Source: Octopus sinensis
Lineage: Eukaryota
Assembly (NCBI RefSeq): GCF_006345805.1
Contig: NC_043001.1
Location: 372,001-436,000, forward strand
Direction of reading: 5' to 3'
Length of the DNA stretch: 64,000 nt
The notes below the pieces were generated by a model. The model did no database searches. It worked only from the letters and a program-made list of their open reading frames with translations, and was not told the origin of the DNA. A program made the position numbers and the translations under genes. Within the stretch, counting starts at the first letter, position 1. Each line of letters starts with the position of its first letter. Below, piece by piece: positions 12,304 through 26,438 of this stretch.

Positions 12304-14177
12304 GTATGCCAAAGAAACAGCTACGGTGCACTGTAGGATAGGGCCACTCCTTGAAAGGGATGGCACACTCACAGGAAATCCAATGAGGGTAAGTGAAATA
12401 CTGAATGAGCAATTCAAGAGTGTTTTCACCCCACCCCTTGGGCATTTCCAAATCACCAATCCAACTGACTTCTTCACCACTGCAGATATGGGGTCAGAGA
12501 CGGCGATGATTGATTACATCAATATAAAGGAAGACGATGTAATAAAGGCTATAGATGAGATGAAAAGAAACTCAGCTACTGGCCCCGATGGATTCCCGGC
12601 AATCCTTCTAAAAGTATGTAAGAGAGTCCTAGCAAGACCACTGCAGTCTCTCTTTCAGAGCTTCCTTGCAACTGGCAAACTTCCAAGAAAACTGAGGGAA
12701 GGTAAAATATGCCCTATTCATAAAGGAGGTAGCAGAGCGGAGGCCAAGAACTACAGACCTATCTCTCTGACCTCACACATCAGCAAGGTCATGGAACGAA
12801 TAGTCAGAAGGAAACTAATCACCTTCCTTGAAGAAAATGACTTGCTGCCTGACACCCAACATGGTTTCTGACCAGGAAGAAGCTGCTTAACTCAGCTCCT
12901 GCAGCACTATGACTGGGTGCTGAAATGACTGCTCAACCACTCAAATGTGGAAGTAATATATCTCGACTTTGCAAAGGCCTTTGATAAAGTCGATCATGGA
13001 ATGATATGTCACAAACTGCGTGATCTTGGCATAGTTGGAAAATTGGGAGAATGGCTTCATGACTTTCTGAAGAAATAGAAGTCAGGTGGGGCCACTTCCA
13101 TTAACACGCAAATAGTGAGCGGTGTTCCGCAGGGCACTGTTTTGGGACCACTACTGTTCATAATGGCCCTCTCAGACATGTCCTCAGCCATGCAGAGATC
13201 CACGATCACAAGTTATGCAGATGATACTAAAGTTTCACAGGCAATACAAAACCCTGAAGACACTAAGCACCTGCAATGTGAGCTGGACAAAATATACAAG
13301 TGGGCTGAAAAGAATAGCATGCAGTTCAATGCTGAAAAGTTTCAAGCTTTATGCTATCAGCATGCAAAACTGAATGCAATACCCGATGAATCCCAGAGGC
13401 ACAATCAGTGCATGACCTGGGTATTTACATGAGTGATGACGCGACCTTTCATGTACATGTTGCTAAACTGGCAATGAAATGTAGACGGCTGGCCGGATAG
13501 ATTCTTAGAACGTTTAGAACAAGAGAACAAGAAACCATGATGGTCCTCTGGAAGACACTTGTCCTAAGCCACTTTGACTATTGCTCTCAGCTATGGTCAC
13601 CATCCAGTGTCAAGTTGATCACAGAACTTGAGGCAATCCAACGAAGCTACACGAAGAAGATAGCCTCTGTGCAGCATATAAACTACTGGGAAAGACTCAA
13701 GAGATTAAAGCTCTATTCCCTGGAGCGTAGGCGAGAAAGATATGCCATAATATATATCTGGAAGGACCTGTCCCAAACTTTGGCATCGAGAGTCACACAA
13801 ATGCCAGAACCGGACGCCACTGCGTAGTACCAAGGACTCCAAATTTGCCATCAAGATGTAGGACAAGATAGCCTGGGCTTCAGAGGCCCACAGCTCTTCA
13901 ATATCCTCCCAACGAACCTAAGAGACCTACATGGGGTGGATGCAGATGTCTATAAAATGAAACTGGATCTCTTCTTGTCAGGTATCCCAGATGAACCAAC
14001 TTCACGGCAAGAGGTGCAGATGAGGGCAGCTGCATCGAACTCTCTCATGCACCAAATGGCAGTTGCTAAAAAGCATTTGTGAAGTAAAACCATGTAGCAA
14101 ACCAAATGGCGGTGCCCCAGCATGGCCACAGTTCATGAGCTGAAGCTGGAAAAATCAAAAATCAAAAATCAAAATCA
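12299..14177 (+). mobile_element. CR1-group LINE family B, 5'-truncated, (AAAATC)n tail; right arm of the pair
   Basis: ORF pieces 12248-12871, 13115-13432 and 13537-13827; inverted copy of 10127-12035. Confidence 0.93.
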
Positions 14178-14197
14178 TACATATGTATGTATATATA

Positions 14198-14244
<47 letters not shown>

Positions 14245-14396
14245 GTATGTATATATATATATGTATATATTTATGTATATATATATGTATGTATATATAT
14301 ATATGTATATATATACGTATATATACATATATCTATATATCTATCTACGTACATATATATGTATGTATAAATTATATATATTACATATATATGTAT

Positions 14397-14447
<51 letters not shown>

Positions 14448-14448
14448 T

Positions 14449-14490
<42 letters not shown>

Positions 14491-14671
14491 ATGTATTTCG
14501 TTACATGTCATTTTTCTTGTGTTCAAATCCTGCTGCAATCACATATGACTGTAATAGCTTTTTGTTGATCAATGAAATAAAGTAGCACTCAAAAAATCTA
14601 GTAGATTCAATCGATTGTTCCATAATCCACAAAGTACAACCTTATGTTTACTTTCAAAATCTTTATTGGTG

Positions 14672-14717
14672 CTACACTCTTTGATGGAGTATATCTAAAC
14701 ATTTTTGCCAATACTGC
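14672..14717 (-). CDS. Candidate terminal coding exon of an unknown host gene (QYWQKCLDILHQRV*)
   Basis: Acceptor catctctctattacag; phase-compatible with the candidate exon at 23681-23760. No recognised homology. Confidence 0.25.
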
Positions 14718-17700
14718 CTGTAATAGAGAGATGTAAATGCTTTCGTTTTTCTTCAGAATTTTTGGCAGAAGAAACAATAACACTAGTTTCAATTCTGGGT
14801 CGGGGTTTCATTAGATGAATACTGTAATTTAGGATGACGATTATTATTTGTGAGATAGCTGATGGTGCTGACTAGATTTAGATTCTTCCATTTTTGTTTT
14901 GATTTCTGCAATCAACTTCAGAGTTAACAAAATAATTGCCACTAATATCCTGCATTAATTGAATTGACTAGAGACTCTCCAATTAGAACTTTGTTGGCAG
15001 AAATAATGTCTTCTCATTATAAGAGAATGATGAATTGGCTGAATGAATAAAACGTCAGACAAATATCGTGCAATATTCAATTACAGTTCTTTATGTTCTG
15101 AGTTCAAACATCATCTCTGTACCTTTCATCCTCTTTGGGTCAATAATATAAATTCATTCAGATACTTGGTCCAATATAATTGAGTATACTCTTGCTCCAA
15201 TTTTGATACTTGTACTGATGTTAGAAATCAATATCAGGATGGTGGAGGGCTGAATCAATAAAGTATTTAAGTGTCTTGTGGTTTTTAGCTAATGGTCCTA
15301 TTATATTTTGAGTTAGTCACGATGGCTGAGTTTACCTTTCCTCAAGATAATCTCCACGGTAAGAACTAGTGTTAGTATATTCTACTATAACTTCATTCAA
15401 AATGTGTATCCTTGTATCTGTGCTGGATGGATGTTTAGAAGATAGCTAAGATGGAAGATTGTGTCTCTGAGCTTAAACCTGGTTGTATTATTAATGTGAT
15501 TTCAGATTAATCAGTGGAGTACCACTTGTAGTTTTATCTCTGGTCAGTATTGGACATTATCTAGTGTGTCCTCTTTTTAAGACGATATTGTGTGTTTAGA
15601 GTGGGATTTGGTTGCTCTTTTATTTTGAGAAGTACTTTCTATTGTTGTTTAAACCCAAGTCAGTCCTGGTGGATCATAGCTATAACTCGGATAACTTAGA
15701 GGCTTTTACGCCATTACTGTAAATTGCTTTATGTTCATGTATAATATAATCTGGACCATATCCAATTTCATCTCTTGAAAGAGAGAACTGTGAGATAATA
15801 AAAGAGACTTGGGTTTCAAATGAATCTTTCTTGTCAAAGGGAACTGTTATTTTCAGTCATTTGTAACTGTCTTCTTTGCAACCACCACCATCCTTCACAT
15901 CTTCCTCATCATCATCATCACCACCACCACCACCACCACCAATCCCATATCAAGGAGTCCTATGTCTACATTCAAATTTAGGCGAAGGAAACTAAATCAT
16001 AAAACCCATACTTCTAAACTGTGGACCCATGCCAAAAATGAAACCATTTAAGAATCAATTAACTTTAAATTCATTTTGAAGGGAGATAACTAATTGTAAA
16101 GGGAGGCAACTAAGAACTAATGATGTTCATGGATGGAGCTAAAAAGAATACTACAGATTTAGATAAACTCCATTACAACAGTTTATATCTTCAATTTCTT
16201 GGTGTTTGCAAGCTTACAATGGAGGGTGCTAGCTAAACCAACTCACAAGTTAGATAACATAACTAGGGGGCTGGCTTTAAAGTTTTGTGAAGTGGTTGTA
16301 ATGGGACATTGATGAATAACTAAGGAGCTGGCATTCCAAAACTTATTGTTTCAATTTTGAAAATAGGTTTAACAATGTCAACATAAACATTGGTATATGT
16401 ATGTTTTGGAAAATTTTTGTGTGAAAAAAAAATGTATTAGCAATGAGGAAAACAAAATTAGTCATAAACATATTTTCTTTACATCAATTTTAGTGTAATC
16501 TTTTTATTATTCACACACCATAAGTTTAACAAAAGAAAATAAAATTAAAATTTAAAAAAATTAAATGCATCAAAGTATAATTATGGAACACACAGATTCA
16601 ATGAACAAGTATCTGAAAATAAAAGAACGCTACAAGGACATAGTTCTGGGGGGAAGAATGAGAGAGAGAAGCGAAAATAAGAATGGTAATAAGAGTGATA
16701 ATGCTAAAACAAAATGTAAACAAAGACAAATAAATGATTTATAAGAGGGTTGTATATTGGAGCCACTTTAATAGCTTTTGCTGGATATTTTTATGTATAA
16801 TTACTACTAGTGTTGAATGTTATTGGTGTAAGTTTTTGTGTGTGTGTATGTGTATCCCTGTATATATGTTTGTGTGCATGCACATACTCAGAAACAAAGA
16901 AATTTATATCTTGTGTAATTGTTTTCTGCATGTCTTTGCAGGTAGACATAAATATATCACATACATGTATGTATCAGCATGTAAGTCTGACTAGGTATGC
17001 TAAGAAATGCACTCACATTGAGATACCTTAGAATAAATTATGTCAAAAGAAAAAAAAAAAAATAGAAAATGAAATAAACATAATGAATACTGTAGAAATT
17101 GAGAATAAAATGCTACCAGAAATGGTATAAAAATAAAAAGCTAATATTATTTTCAGTAGTTAATAATTATTTTACCAGTTAAAGCTTTCATAACCAGAAT
17201 GTTTTATTATCAGTTCTGTAACATCATTCTTTGGAAAAAAAACTCATAACAGAAAAGTATTATTCAGTATTAATGAATGATAAGGATTTGTGTGGCTACT
17301 TTTTTTTTTTTGCTTTTCTGTAACTTTAAGCAGATGAAATAATTCTCTTCGTACAAACTCCTACACAAGAAGATTACTGCTGATAACTTTTGAGAAAACA
17401 GTCTGGTACCTGTTTCGTTGTAGTCAAAGAAACTGAGGCAACATAAAAAGTTCTGTCTTTAAAACATCAGTAGATAGTTTGGTATCTTATACACTCAACC
17501 ATTCAGCTTCTAGGTGAAAAGATTATTTTACTGTGAGGGAGAAAAGTCTAACATTTTGGGCACTAGTTTCTTTAGGATTCTATTGTTTCATTTTGACATT
17601 AACCTTCTACTTCACCTCTTAAATTTATGGCTGACAGTATAATAACCAGTATAAATTAATATCAATAGTTAAGATACAAATTATTAATTTAGACTTGAGA

Positions 17701-18356
17701 GTATTCCATTTTAGTGTAAGGCTACACATTTTCAGAGTACAAAGTATGAAGTCAATTAATTCATAGTTTAATTCCAATTAGTATATGACGCTTATCTATG
17801 TCGTGGTGCACCTGAGCACTGTATACAATAATTTCATTATTATCTACTCTGGTGGGAGTAGTTCATCTCAATGAGAATTGTTTTTCAGAAAAATATAGCA
17901 TGAACATAACTATGGACTTATGTCTATTTCATATTATTCTGCATAGCATTTAGTCTGGGCCCCTCTACTGATGCCTGCCATTCATTGTGGCAGTACTGAG
18001 AGTAATATTAATATGATATTAATATAATATAATATTAATATAATGATTTATATCTTTCATTGTATTTTAATTCATGACTGATAAAATTTAAAAAAAAAAG
18101 CACGTTTAATGATGAACATAAAATAACCACAAAAACTGCACAAGACTTGTTTGCTTCACTTCAGAACATTTATTATACCAATGTTATATTGTTGTTTGTA
18201 TGAATGTTTGTTAGGATTTGTGTGTATTTCTTCTTTTTTCTCTTTTATTAATAGAAAAATATGGATTTTTTTCTCATTTTCCATTTGTTTTTATTTTATT
18301 TATATTTGTTCTCTACTATATAATTAGTCCCACTCATTCAGTACACATTATTATTA

Positions 18357-19083
18357 TTACTGTTACGTTGACCATTAGATTTTCTGTTCCATTATGTTTT
18401 AACTTTTTTAAGTTAAAGCAATAAAGCAATAAATTTACCTTAATTTTGCTACTATTTAAAAAAATCTTTGTAATGATCCCATAATCTATCTACAACAAAA
18501 TTCAAAATTGCAGCTAATAGAAATCATTTTGATGATGATAATAAATGATGATGACGATGGTGTGTGATAAGTAAAAAAAACATTTTTTTTAAGCTCATTT
18601 TAAAATAATCCCTTAAATTATTAAGAACACATTTCTATTTTATTGAAGCAAGAAATATTTTCCCGGCAATTTTTGTTTTCTTTTTCCAAAAGCAATGGGT
18701 CATATAAATAAATAAAATAATTACTGTTACGTTGACCATTAGATTTCTGTTCCATTATGTTTTAACTTTTTTAAGTTAAAGCAATAAAGCAATAAATTTA
18801 CCTTAATTTTGCTACTATTTAAAAAAATCTTTGTAATGATCCCATAATCTATCTACAACAAAATTCAAAATTGCAGCTAATAGAAATCATTTTGATGATG
18901 ATAATAATAATGATGATGACGATGGTGATGATAAGTAAAAAAAACATTTTTTTTAAGCTCATTTTAAAATAATCCCTTAAATTATTAAGAACACATTTCT
19001 ATTTTATTGAAGCAAGAAATATTTTCCTGCAAATTTTTGTTTTCTTTTTCAAAAGCAATGGTTCATATAAATAAATAAATAAT
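18357..19083. repeat. Tandem duplication, period about 364 bp
   Basis: ttactgttacgttgacc at 18357 and 18721; near-identical copies differing mostly by small indels. Confidence 0.92.
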
Positions 19084-19539
19084 TAAAAAAAACTTAAAAT
19101 AGGAAAAGTCTTTTAATCCTATTTTTGTAATTTGCTGAAAATGGGAAAGGAGCACAATAGGAAGATGGAATGGATATGGCTTGTTCCAGAAATCATACCA
19201 GAACTTAGTACTTAACACATTTTCTCCACCCAACCTATCATCTGGATCTTGTGCCATTCAGAATTTAGGGAAAGACGAAAGAAAGAAAAAAAAAGGAAAA
19301 AATATTACAAATGCCTATATGTGCATTTAGTCCATTTCTGTTGGTGTTATTGTTATTTTTTTCTGCATATTCTTTCTTCCTTTTCAACCATGTTTGTGTT
19401 CCAAGTTGTTAAAAACAGACACGTTCTTCCTTACCACATGTAATGGCAATGGTAACAACCATATTTAGTAGCAAATGGTAACACTAAATACCAGAACATT
19501 TTTATTACAGTTTATTAAATTTTTTTTTCCTTGTAACAC

Positions 19540-19600
19540 CATAGTTAAGCGACATCAAGCTGGGCGCGGGCTGGTATTTAATTGGGCTACCTCTTGGGTA
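19540..19600 (+). pseudogene. Possible 5S rRNA-derived fragment (internal promoter region)
   Basis: agttaagc...gggcgcgg..tggtattt..tggg..acc..tggg resembles 5S box A to box C. Confidence 0.35.
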
Positions 19601-19786
19601 AGTGACACTTTGGGCAAGGAAAACATATAATTGAACTGTAGCAAACAATACGCTATTTACCAGTTATGAAAGGTAAAAAATATTTAATTGGGCTACCTCT
19701 TGGGTAAGTGACACTTTGGGCAAGGAAAACATATAATTGAACTGTAGCAACAAATACGCTATTTACCAGTTATGAAAGGTAAAAAA
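19574..19786. repeat. Tandem duplication, period about 107 bp
   Basis: tatttaattgggctacctcttggg...ggtaaaaaa occurs twice. Confidence 0.9.
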
Positions 19787-20854
19787 TAAACTCACACTCA
19801 TACATACATAAATTGCCTATTTCCATGCATAAGACTGAGGTGGTAGTAATATAAAAATTTGGGAAGGGGCTAGCAATTCTATTTTGGTTGAAATCTTTAG
19901 CTACAAATGGAAGTTTCTGAAAGTAGGGAGGGATAAATGCCAAATCTTACAGGAATTGATGGGGAAGAAAATAAAAGTTTATACACACACATACATGTAT
20001 ACACACATATGAATATATATATATATATGTGTGTGTGTGGTGTGTGTATATATATATATATATTGCATGCACCATTAAACTTGAAATTCATTTTGTTTTG
20101 TCTATTAAATTGGTCTGTTTCCCCATCTGTTGTTGCTATGTTTTTGAATAGCAGTTACATTATTTTTATGCATTAGTTTAAAGATCTTTCAATCCTGTAG
20201 ATTTGACATGAACTGTTTTAATTGAGTCATGAATCAATATAAGTTTATTTTTCTTTATGTTTCCAGCAGATACCAGTTATTTAACCCAAGGTTGGTCAGC
20301 CCTCAACAAGTTACAAGGCATTCCAGCCTTGACTATCTTGTCATTTTATATCCAGGATTACATTACTGTTTTAAGATGGTAGGGTAAGAGTTGAAGGAAT
20401 TTGGTTGTTATTCCTAGTAGGTCAAGTGACCACTTGGAAGCTCCCTTGTTAGTGTTGGGACTGGTAAGTGAAAAACTTGGGTAATACAATTCCATTTATA
20501 AAAAGAAACTATATTTCATATTTCCAATAATGTATAAATTTGAATTACCTATACATCACACATATGCATAAAGTGTGTTTATAATACATACACACACACA
20601 CGCAAATACACAAACTGTAGATCAAATGCTGTAACTTACAACAAAATTAGCAAATGATTCTTATGTAATTAATAAGCACTACTGTTGATGGGTGTATTTC
20701 TTGTTCATGTTAATAAAGTTTAATATTCATCATGGGATTATCTGAAGATATGACAGTCTGGTTTTCCTTTTTCTTTTTTACACAAGTATTACGTTACATG
20801 TTGAATTAACGACTAATTTTGACTAGGCATAAGCTAATTATTTTTTTCTTTTAG

Positions 20855-20930
20855 TGAAAAATAGAAATTTCTGGAATTATTCCTTGTACTTATTCTTGAA
20901 ACGATGAGAAGCTATTGAGTCTGCCACAAG
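20855..20930 (+). other. Candidate non-coding exon
   Basis: Branch-like gctaat, long polypyrimidine tract + ttag acceptor, strong donor AAG|gtgagt; stops in all 3 frames. Confidence 0.45.
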
Positions 20931-21074
20931 GTGAGTACTTTTAAAAGTATTTTTTATCAGGATATAACTGCATTGCAATTGAATATTGCTAACTCATATA
21001 TATTCTTCAAAAATTCTATGTAGCATTATTAGAGTTTCAACAAATATATTTACTATGATAATATTTCCTTTCAG

Positions 21075-21140
21075 GAAATGGATAACTAGAAAAAGTTACA
21101 AATATTTAGAAATAAAAGACCCTATATTTTAAGCAAAGGA
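21075..21140 (+). other. Candidate non-coding exon
   Basis: tttcctttcag acceptor, GGA|gtaagt donor; 144-bp intron from the previous exon; stops in all frames. Confidence 0.45.
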
Positions 21141-23604
21141 GTAAGTAAATGCAATAATGTTTATGCTGTTTTCATAAACGTTTCTAGCATGAAGTAGTTT
21201 CAAGCAAGGAACAAAACTATTTCATGGTCAGCATTTAAAAGAAGCTTGCCTCACATTCCTTCAGCATTTATTACTGTTTCCATCACAATTAATTTGTGCA
21301 TGGAGAATATGAATTTATCCCGTAATTGTTCTTTGTAATTTTTTTTTTTTTTTTGTAAGAGAACTTCAGTTTTGTCATGAAATCCTTTCTAGCTTGCTCA
21401 AAGATATCTCAAATTGAAATTCTTAGCCTTTCTTCAAAAGTGATACATTTAAAACTATTTTTGAAAATAATCTAAATTAAATGATCGAATCAGCATGAAA
21501 ACACAAATGTGTGTGCATATATTTCTAGCTATATATAAGCATGTGTTAATAATATATTTACCAATCAATTTTATTTGTTTTTATGTTACTAAATTTTGAT
21601 TCATGTTAATGTTGAACTGTGCTTACTAGAATCTTCTCTTTCCTGAGATAAATTCTTTTGTACTAGTTGCTACGTTCTAATTTCTATTATTTTGAAAATT
21701 TTGTGCTGAATTTAAATATTGATAGGTTTTAAGCTTATTACAATTATTTACACCTGGGGAAAAAAATTATATCTTAATATACTTCTAAAAAAGATATATG
21801 CAGAGTGTCTTCATCCAAGTATTGAACTTATCAAATGATAACCTTTAATCTCTATATATATATTGTTTTCTCTAGCAAAAATAGTTTCTTTTGATTCTTG
21901 ACATACTTATAGAGGTGAGTAGGTGGATCTACGAAATTAAAATGTTATCAAGCAGGTATCAAAATCAGCTTGTAAATATTGTTGTAGTATCCTTACTGAA
22001 ACAGTATTTATGGTTTTTATCTAGAAGTTATTGTAGTGATTAGTAATTATTTTATACTTGCCATTGCTAAAGGAATAATTAATGTCCCTTATCACTTATG
22101 ATCGTGACTATCTCATGGTTTATCGCTCCTTTAAACTGATATAATTGCTTCTACTATTTTGCTTACACATTATTACTCTTTGCTTCTATCTAACCATGCA
22201 TGCATACAAGTGCACACGTACTTTTAAACAAAACAGAAGGAGATTGAGTAATTACGATAAAATTATTAAATAACTGGAAATAAACCTGTAGAAAATATCA
22301 AACGATTTCGTAAAAAAGCAATTTTTTTAAACCTGATACATTTTACATTTATAGAAAAAAAAAACAATATTTAAAAGGGAGACGACTCTACCAGTTTCTC
22401 TTTTATTACTTCCCTTGAGTTTTCTTAAATATCTTTCTTAAATTTAATCATTAAAGAATTTTTTAAACATTATATGGCTCAACATTTATAGTATTTATAG
22501 TATTTTGATTATAATTAAATTTGGAAAAAAAGTTTTAAAAGTTAATTCGTGTATTGGCTAGAATTAAGAGGTATTAATTTCACTTTCAAATTGATTTCTT
22601 ATGATAATTTTGAAAGAGTGCATTTTGCAAAAATACCTATATAATAAGCCTATGTAAGAGTTTCTCTCGTGGTATATACTGCAGTAAAGTTTGTTCTAAT
22701 AGAACATCCACGTTTAAGTGGGAATAGATTTTACCTTTTTGAGCAGGAGACGTGAATAATAAAAGGGAAAACACAATTACTTTCTTAATTATTTAGAACA
22801 GTATAATTGTCTAGATTTGTTAAATTATAGTTGCAAAAATATTTTAAGACAGTGATTACTATTTATTACTATATATATTTTATTAATAACCATTCATAAT
22901 TTTCTGTCTATTCTGAATTTTCTTCCAAAATGTCCAACCATGTTATTTAAATGCTGTTAAGTCTGTTTTCGTATATATTACATGTTTCTTTCCCTATACA
23001 TCATATACTAACTGGTAAATGTGTGTGTGCTAGTCTGCAAGTGTGATTGTAAAGTGCAATTGCATGCAAATTTTCTAGGCACATGTATCACACATATTAT
23101 CATCTTAGTCTTTAACCTTATTCTTCATGTGTGTGTCATAAGTCAACAGACTAAAATCTTCAACATATGTAAAGTGGTGTGCATAGGCACCAATTTGAAA
23201 GAGAAAAATAGGTCAGAAGGCCTCAGATAATAGTGACCTTATTAGCTTTGCCTCAGATTCGTTCTTATAATGATTGAAATAATTTTCATTATATTTCATA
23301 AGTTAAACTGCTTTTTGTTTACTTAATAAAATAACTTACTGATAATCACAGTAGCTGAAGGGAACCAAAGGAAGAAAACTAATTAATTATTGTTATTCAT
23401 TGAATAAAAGTAGCTACTGCATAAACAAAGGGTTGCTAGTTTAACAAAATAAAATTTGGAAAGAAATACAAAATAAATAAAAAGAAAAACCATTGTGAAC
23501 AGTTTCATTTCAGTACTACAGCTTTCAGAAAAAGTACTGAATGAAAACAAATATACATTACATAAAACACTTAATTTTTTTTAAAACTCACCTTTTGATT
23601 TATC

Positions 23605-23647
<43 letters not shown>

Positions 23648-23680
23648 CGTGCGTGTAAACTTATATATCTGCTCATCTAC

Positions 23681-23760
23681 CTATCTATCAATGGTTTCTT
23701 TTCCTTTTGTAGCTGCCATCTTAGCACAGGGAAAAAGTTCTTCAAGTGCTCCTGGATTAA
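23681..23760 (-). CDS. Candidate internal exon (LIQEHLKNFFPVLRWQLQKEKKPLID)
   Basis: Strong acceptor ttttttttctctcag; open frame to a weak donor AG|gtagat. Confidence 0.3.
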
Positions 23761-24133
23761 CTGAGAGAAAAAAAAAAATTGTCCCTCATGTAGATCTGGA
23801 ATAAAATTTTCACTGAAATTTTTCCACAAGTCGTTCACATATTCATTTTGATTATGTTGAAATTTGCAGGTCAGGTTTAAAAAAACTCAACAAAATAAAT
23901 GACAAACACTGCTGTATGTGTATCTGTGTGTATATGTATGAGCATAACTGTGTCTGTGTACACACACACACATGTATGTACGTACATATATGTGTGTATG
24001 TATAAAATTTATATACATATGCATATCTACATATATCCATGTCTCTTTATATGTATGTGCCAGCATATAAAGGCACATATGTATATGTTTGTATTTATGT
24101 GTGTATGAATGTAATTATGTGTATGTATGTGTG

Positions 24134-24177
<44 letters not shown>

Positions 24178-24226
24178 CACACCCATATGTTTATGTAAAT
24201 GCACATATATATACACACACACACAT

Positions 24227-24258
<32 letters not shown>

Positions 24259-24818
24259 AGAACACAAATAGTTTGATGAGGTGATTAATAATGTATCTTC
24301 AAATTGCCAATGGGGGATGAAATGTCTTTGTAACTGATGGGGCACCTATTTCTCCCCAATCTCATACAGCTTTTGGGATCTTTTTTTTTTTTTTGAAGAC
24401 ATATTATAATTGAAAGGACATGTTTTGTTTTTCTTGTCGTAGCAAATATTTTACATATTCATATATTTAAGTAGCCAGCAGAGTAGAAAAAAACAAATTT
24501 GAAAATTAATGAAAATTGGTGGGAGGGGTGGGAAATGAAAAACAATAATAATAATTGCTTTTTAAAGAAATTCCTTTTGATGAATTTTATATTTTTTCTT
24601 TCAAATGTTTCTAATATTTTATTCTGTTTTCTGATCTCTTCTTTAACATTTTATAAATTTTTTTTCTCAGGAAGAATGTTTTTTTTAAAATTTCTATATT
24701 TTGTTTTGTAATACATTTTCACCGAACATTTGCACAATTTGTTTTGATTTGTCTATGTGTGGCTTAGTTTGGTTGTATTTTAACATTTTACTTTTATCAC
24801 ATCATATAGAATTTATAC

Positions 24819-24939
24819 ATTTGTTGCAAACTTGGTGTTAGACAGATCCGCTGGAGGTAATCGCAGCATTGAATAAGTATCGCTGATATCAGATTTAAAG
24901 CTCCTTGGCACAAAAGTCCGATTGTAGTTAGATTCATAT
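24819..24939 (-). CDS. Candidate internal exon (YESNYNRTFVPRSFKSDISDTYSMLRLPPADLSNTKFATN)
   Basis: Acceptor ttttcttacattgcag; GC-richer open frame in AT-rich context; weak donor gtataa. Confidence 0.35.
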
Positions 24940-25324
24940 CTGCAATGTAAGAAAATGCAAAATTTGAATTTTAGGATAAATCATAATTATAACTATGTGT
25001 TTACATGCTTCTTTGAATGTGCATGCAAGTATATGTTTATACATATACAAATAATGTATATGTTTTAAAACAAAAGGAAACAAAAACAATTGTTATCAGA
25101 TTTGGTGTAATACATAAAGCCTTCAATTTATGTAATGTGAGGTCAGAGAAATTATATAAACTTGTGGTAAGGAAAAATATATAAATGAATGTATTCATCC
25201 AGTGATATCATGCTGAGATGACTGCATCAACTGGCATCAATAGCTGTCTGAAGCCATTTGTGTGAAATATTTTAGTTGTAAAGGTGCGTAGTCTCACTAC
25301 TCACACATATAATTCATATACGTC

Positions 25325-25510
25325 TGGGTTGCGGATCCGTGGAATAAGCTGCCGGACGAGATAGTGAAGATGCTGACGATTGCTCGCTTCAAAGTCTCTC
25401 TTGACCAGAAATGCCTGAACTCTTTGTATGAACACCCTCCCTGTACATAACTCCATGTCCCCTACATGGCCTTGCTTTTGCTTTTTGAGCCAAAAAAATT
25501 AAATTCAATT
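25325..25510 (+). mobile_element. CR1-group LINE family C 3' fragment
   Basis: gttgcggatccgtggaataagctgcc...tttgagccaaa matches the 3' end of 45973-47104. Confidence 0.85.
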
Positions 25511-26438
25511 ATTTAGAGGCAGAGGGCAACTATTATTTGGAGCACATGGTATATTACTGATTGTAATTTTATGTTAAAATTGCTTTGAAATTTTTTGTTG
25601 CCACCAATTTGAATATTTTTACATATTCTGTTTGTCAATGTGTGAAGAGAATTAACATTTTTCATTAATTTATTTGAATGTATATCTCTAATTTTCATAA
25701 TTATCTGTTATAAGCATTAAATTCTGTTTGTGTGCTCAGCATTTTATCTATTTGAATATTGACTTGAGATATCAAGTCTTGAAATTTAAGAAAATGAAAA
25801 AAATGCCTGCTTGAACAATCAATTTCAACAGATGCTTTTGATATCAATCTATCTGGGACCACTTATGGGTTTATAGTATAAAACACTTTGTTCCAAAGTA
25901 TTCATGTGTAAACTAAGATGTTCCATAATAATTTTATGACTAATTTTTTTGTTAAGTTCTAAACATTACCTTAATATTTATCTATAAATGGAAAAATTTA
26001 GTAAATCTCTTCAACTTTTATGTTAAAAATGAATTGAAACCTGTAGGCAAAATATTTAATCAAAAATATGGTCACAAAATGGTTTAAAATTGTTTGAATG
26101 CACATATACACAGAATGTTGAATGAACATGCTTATAAATATATACATACATATATATGTGTGTGTGTACACACACATCATCATCATCATTGTTTGAATGT
26201 CCACTTTACCATGCTTGCATATGTAGGATAGAGTTTATTGAGGTAGATTTTCTACAACTGGATGTTCTTTCTGTCACCAATCCTCACCTGTTTCTAAGCA
26301 AGTTAATAATTCCTGACTGGCCAGACAAGTTTTCACAGAATATTGGAAATAAATAATTTGTTTGCAGTTGTCGTGTGAAGTCAAGACACAAATAAACACA
26401 CAGAAACAAGAGTCTAGGAATGGAGTAGATAAAACCCA

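Noticed and set aside
14607-14792. Peptide containing FVDYG, a Tudor-like signature
   Set aside because: No upstream W-x-R-A aromatic cage residues and a stop follows immediately; likely chance.
19063-19257. ORF MAQDPDDRLGG... as a host exon
   Set aside because: A polypyrimidine tract is present but there is no AG acceptor in position and no homology.
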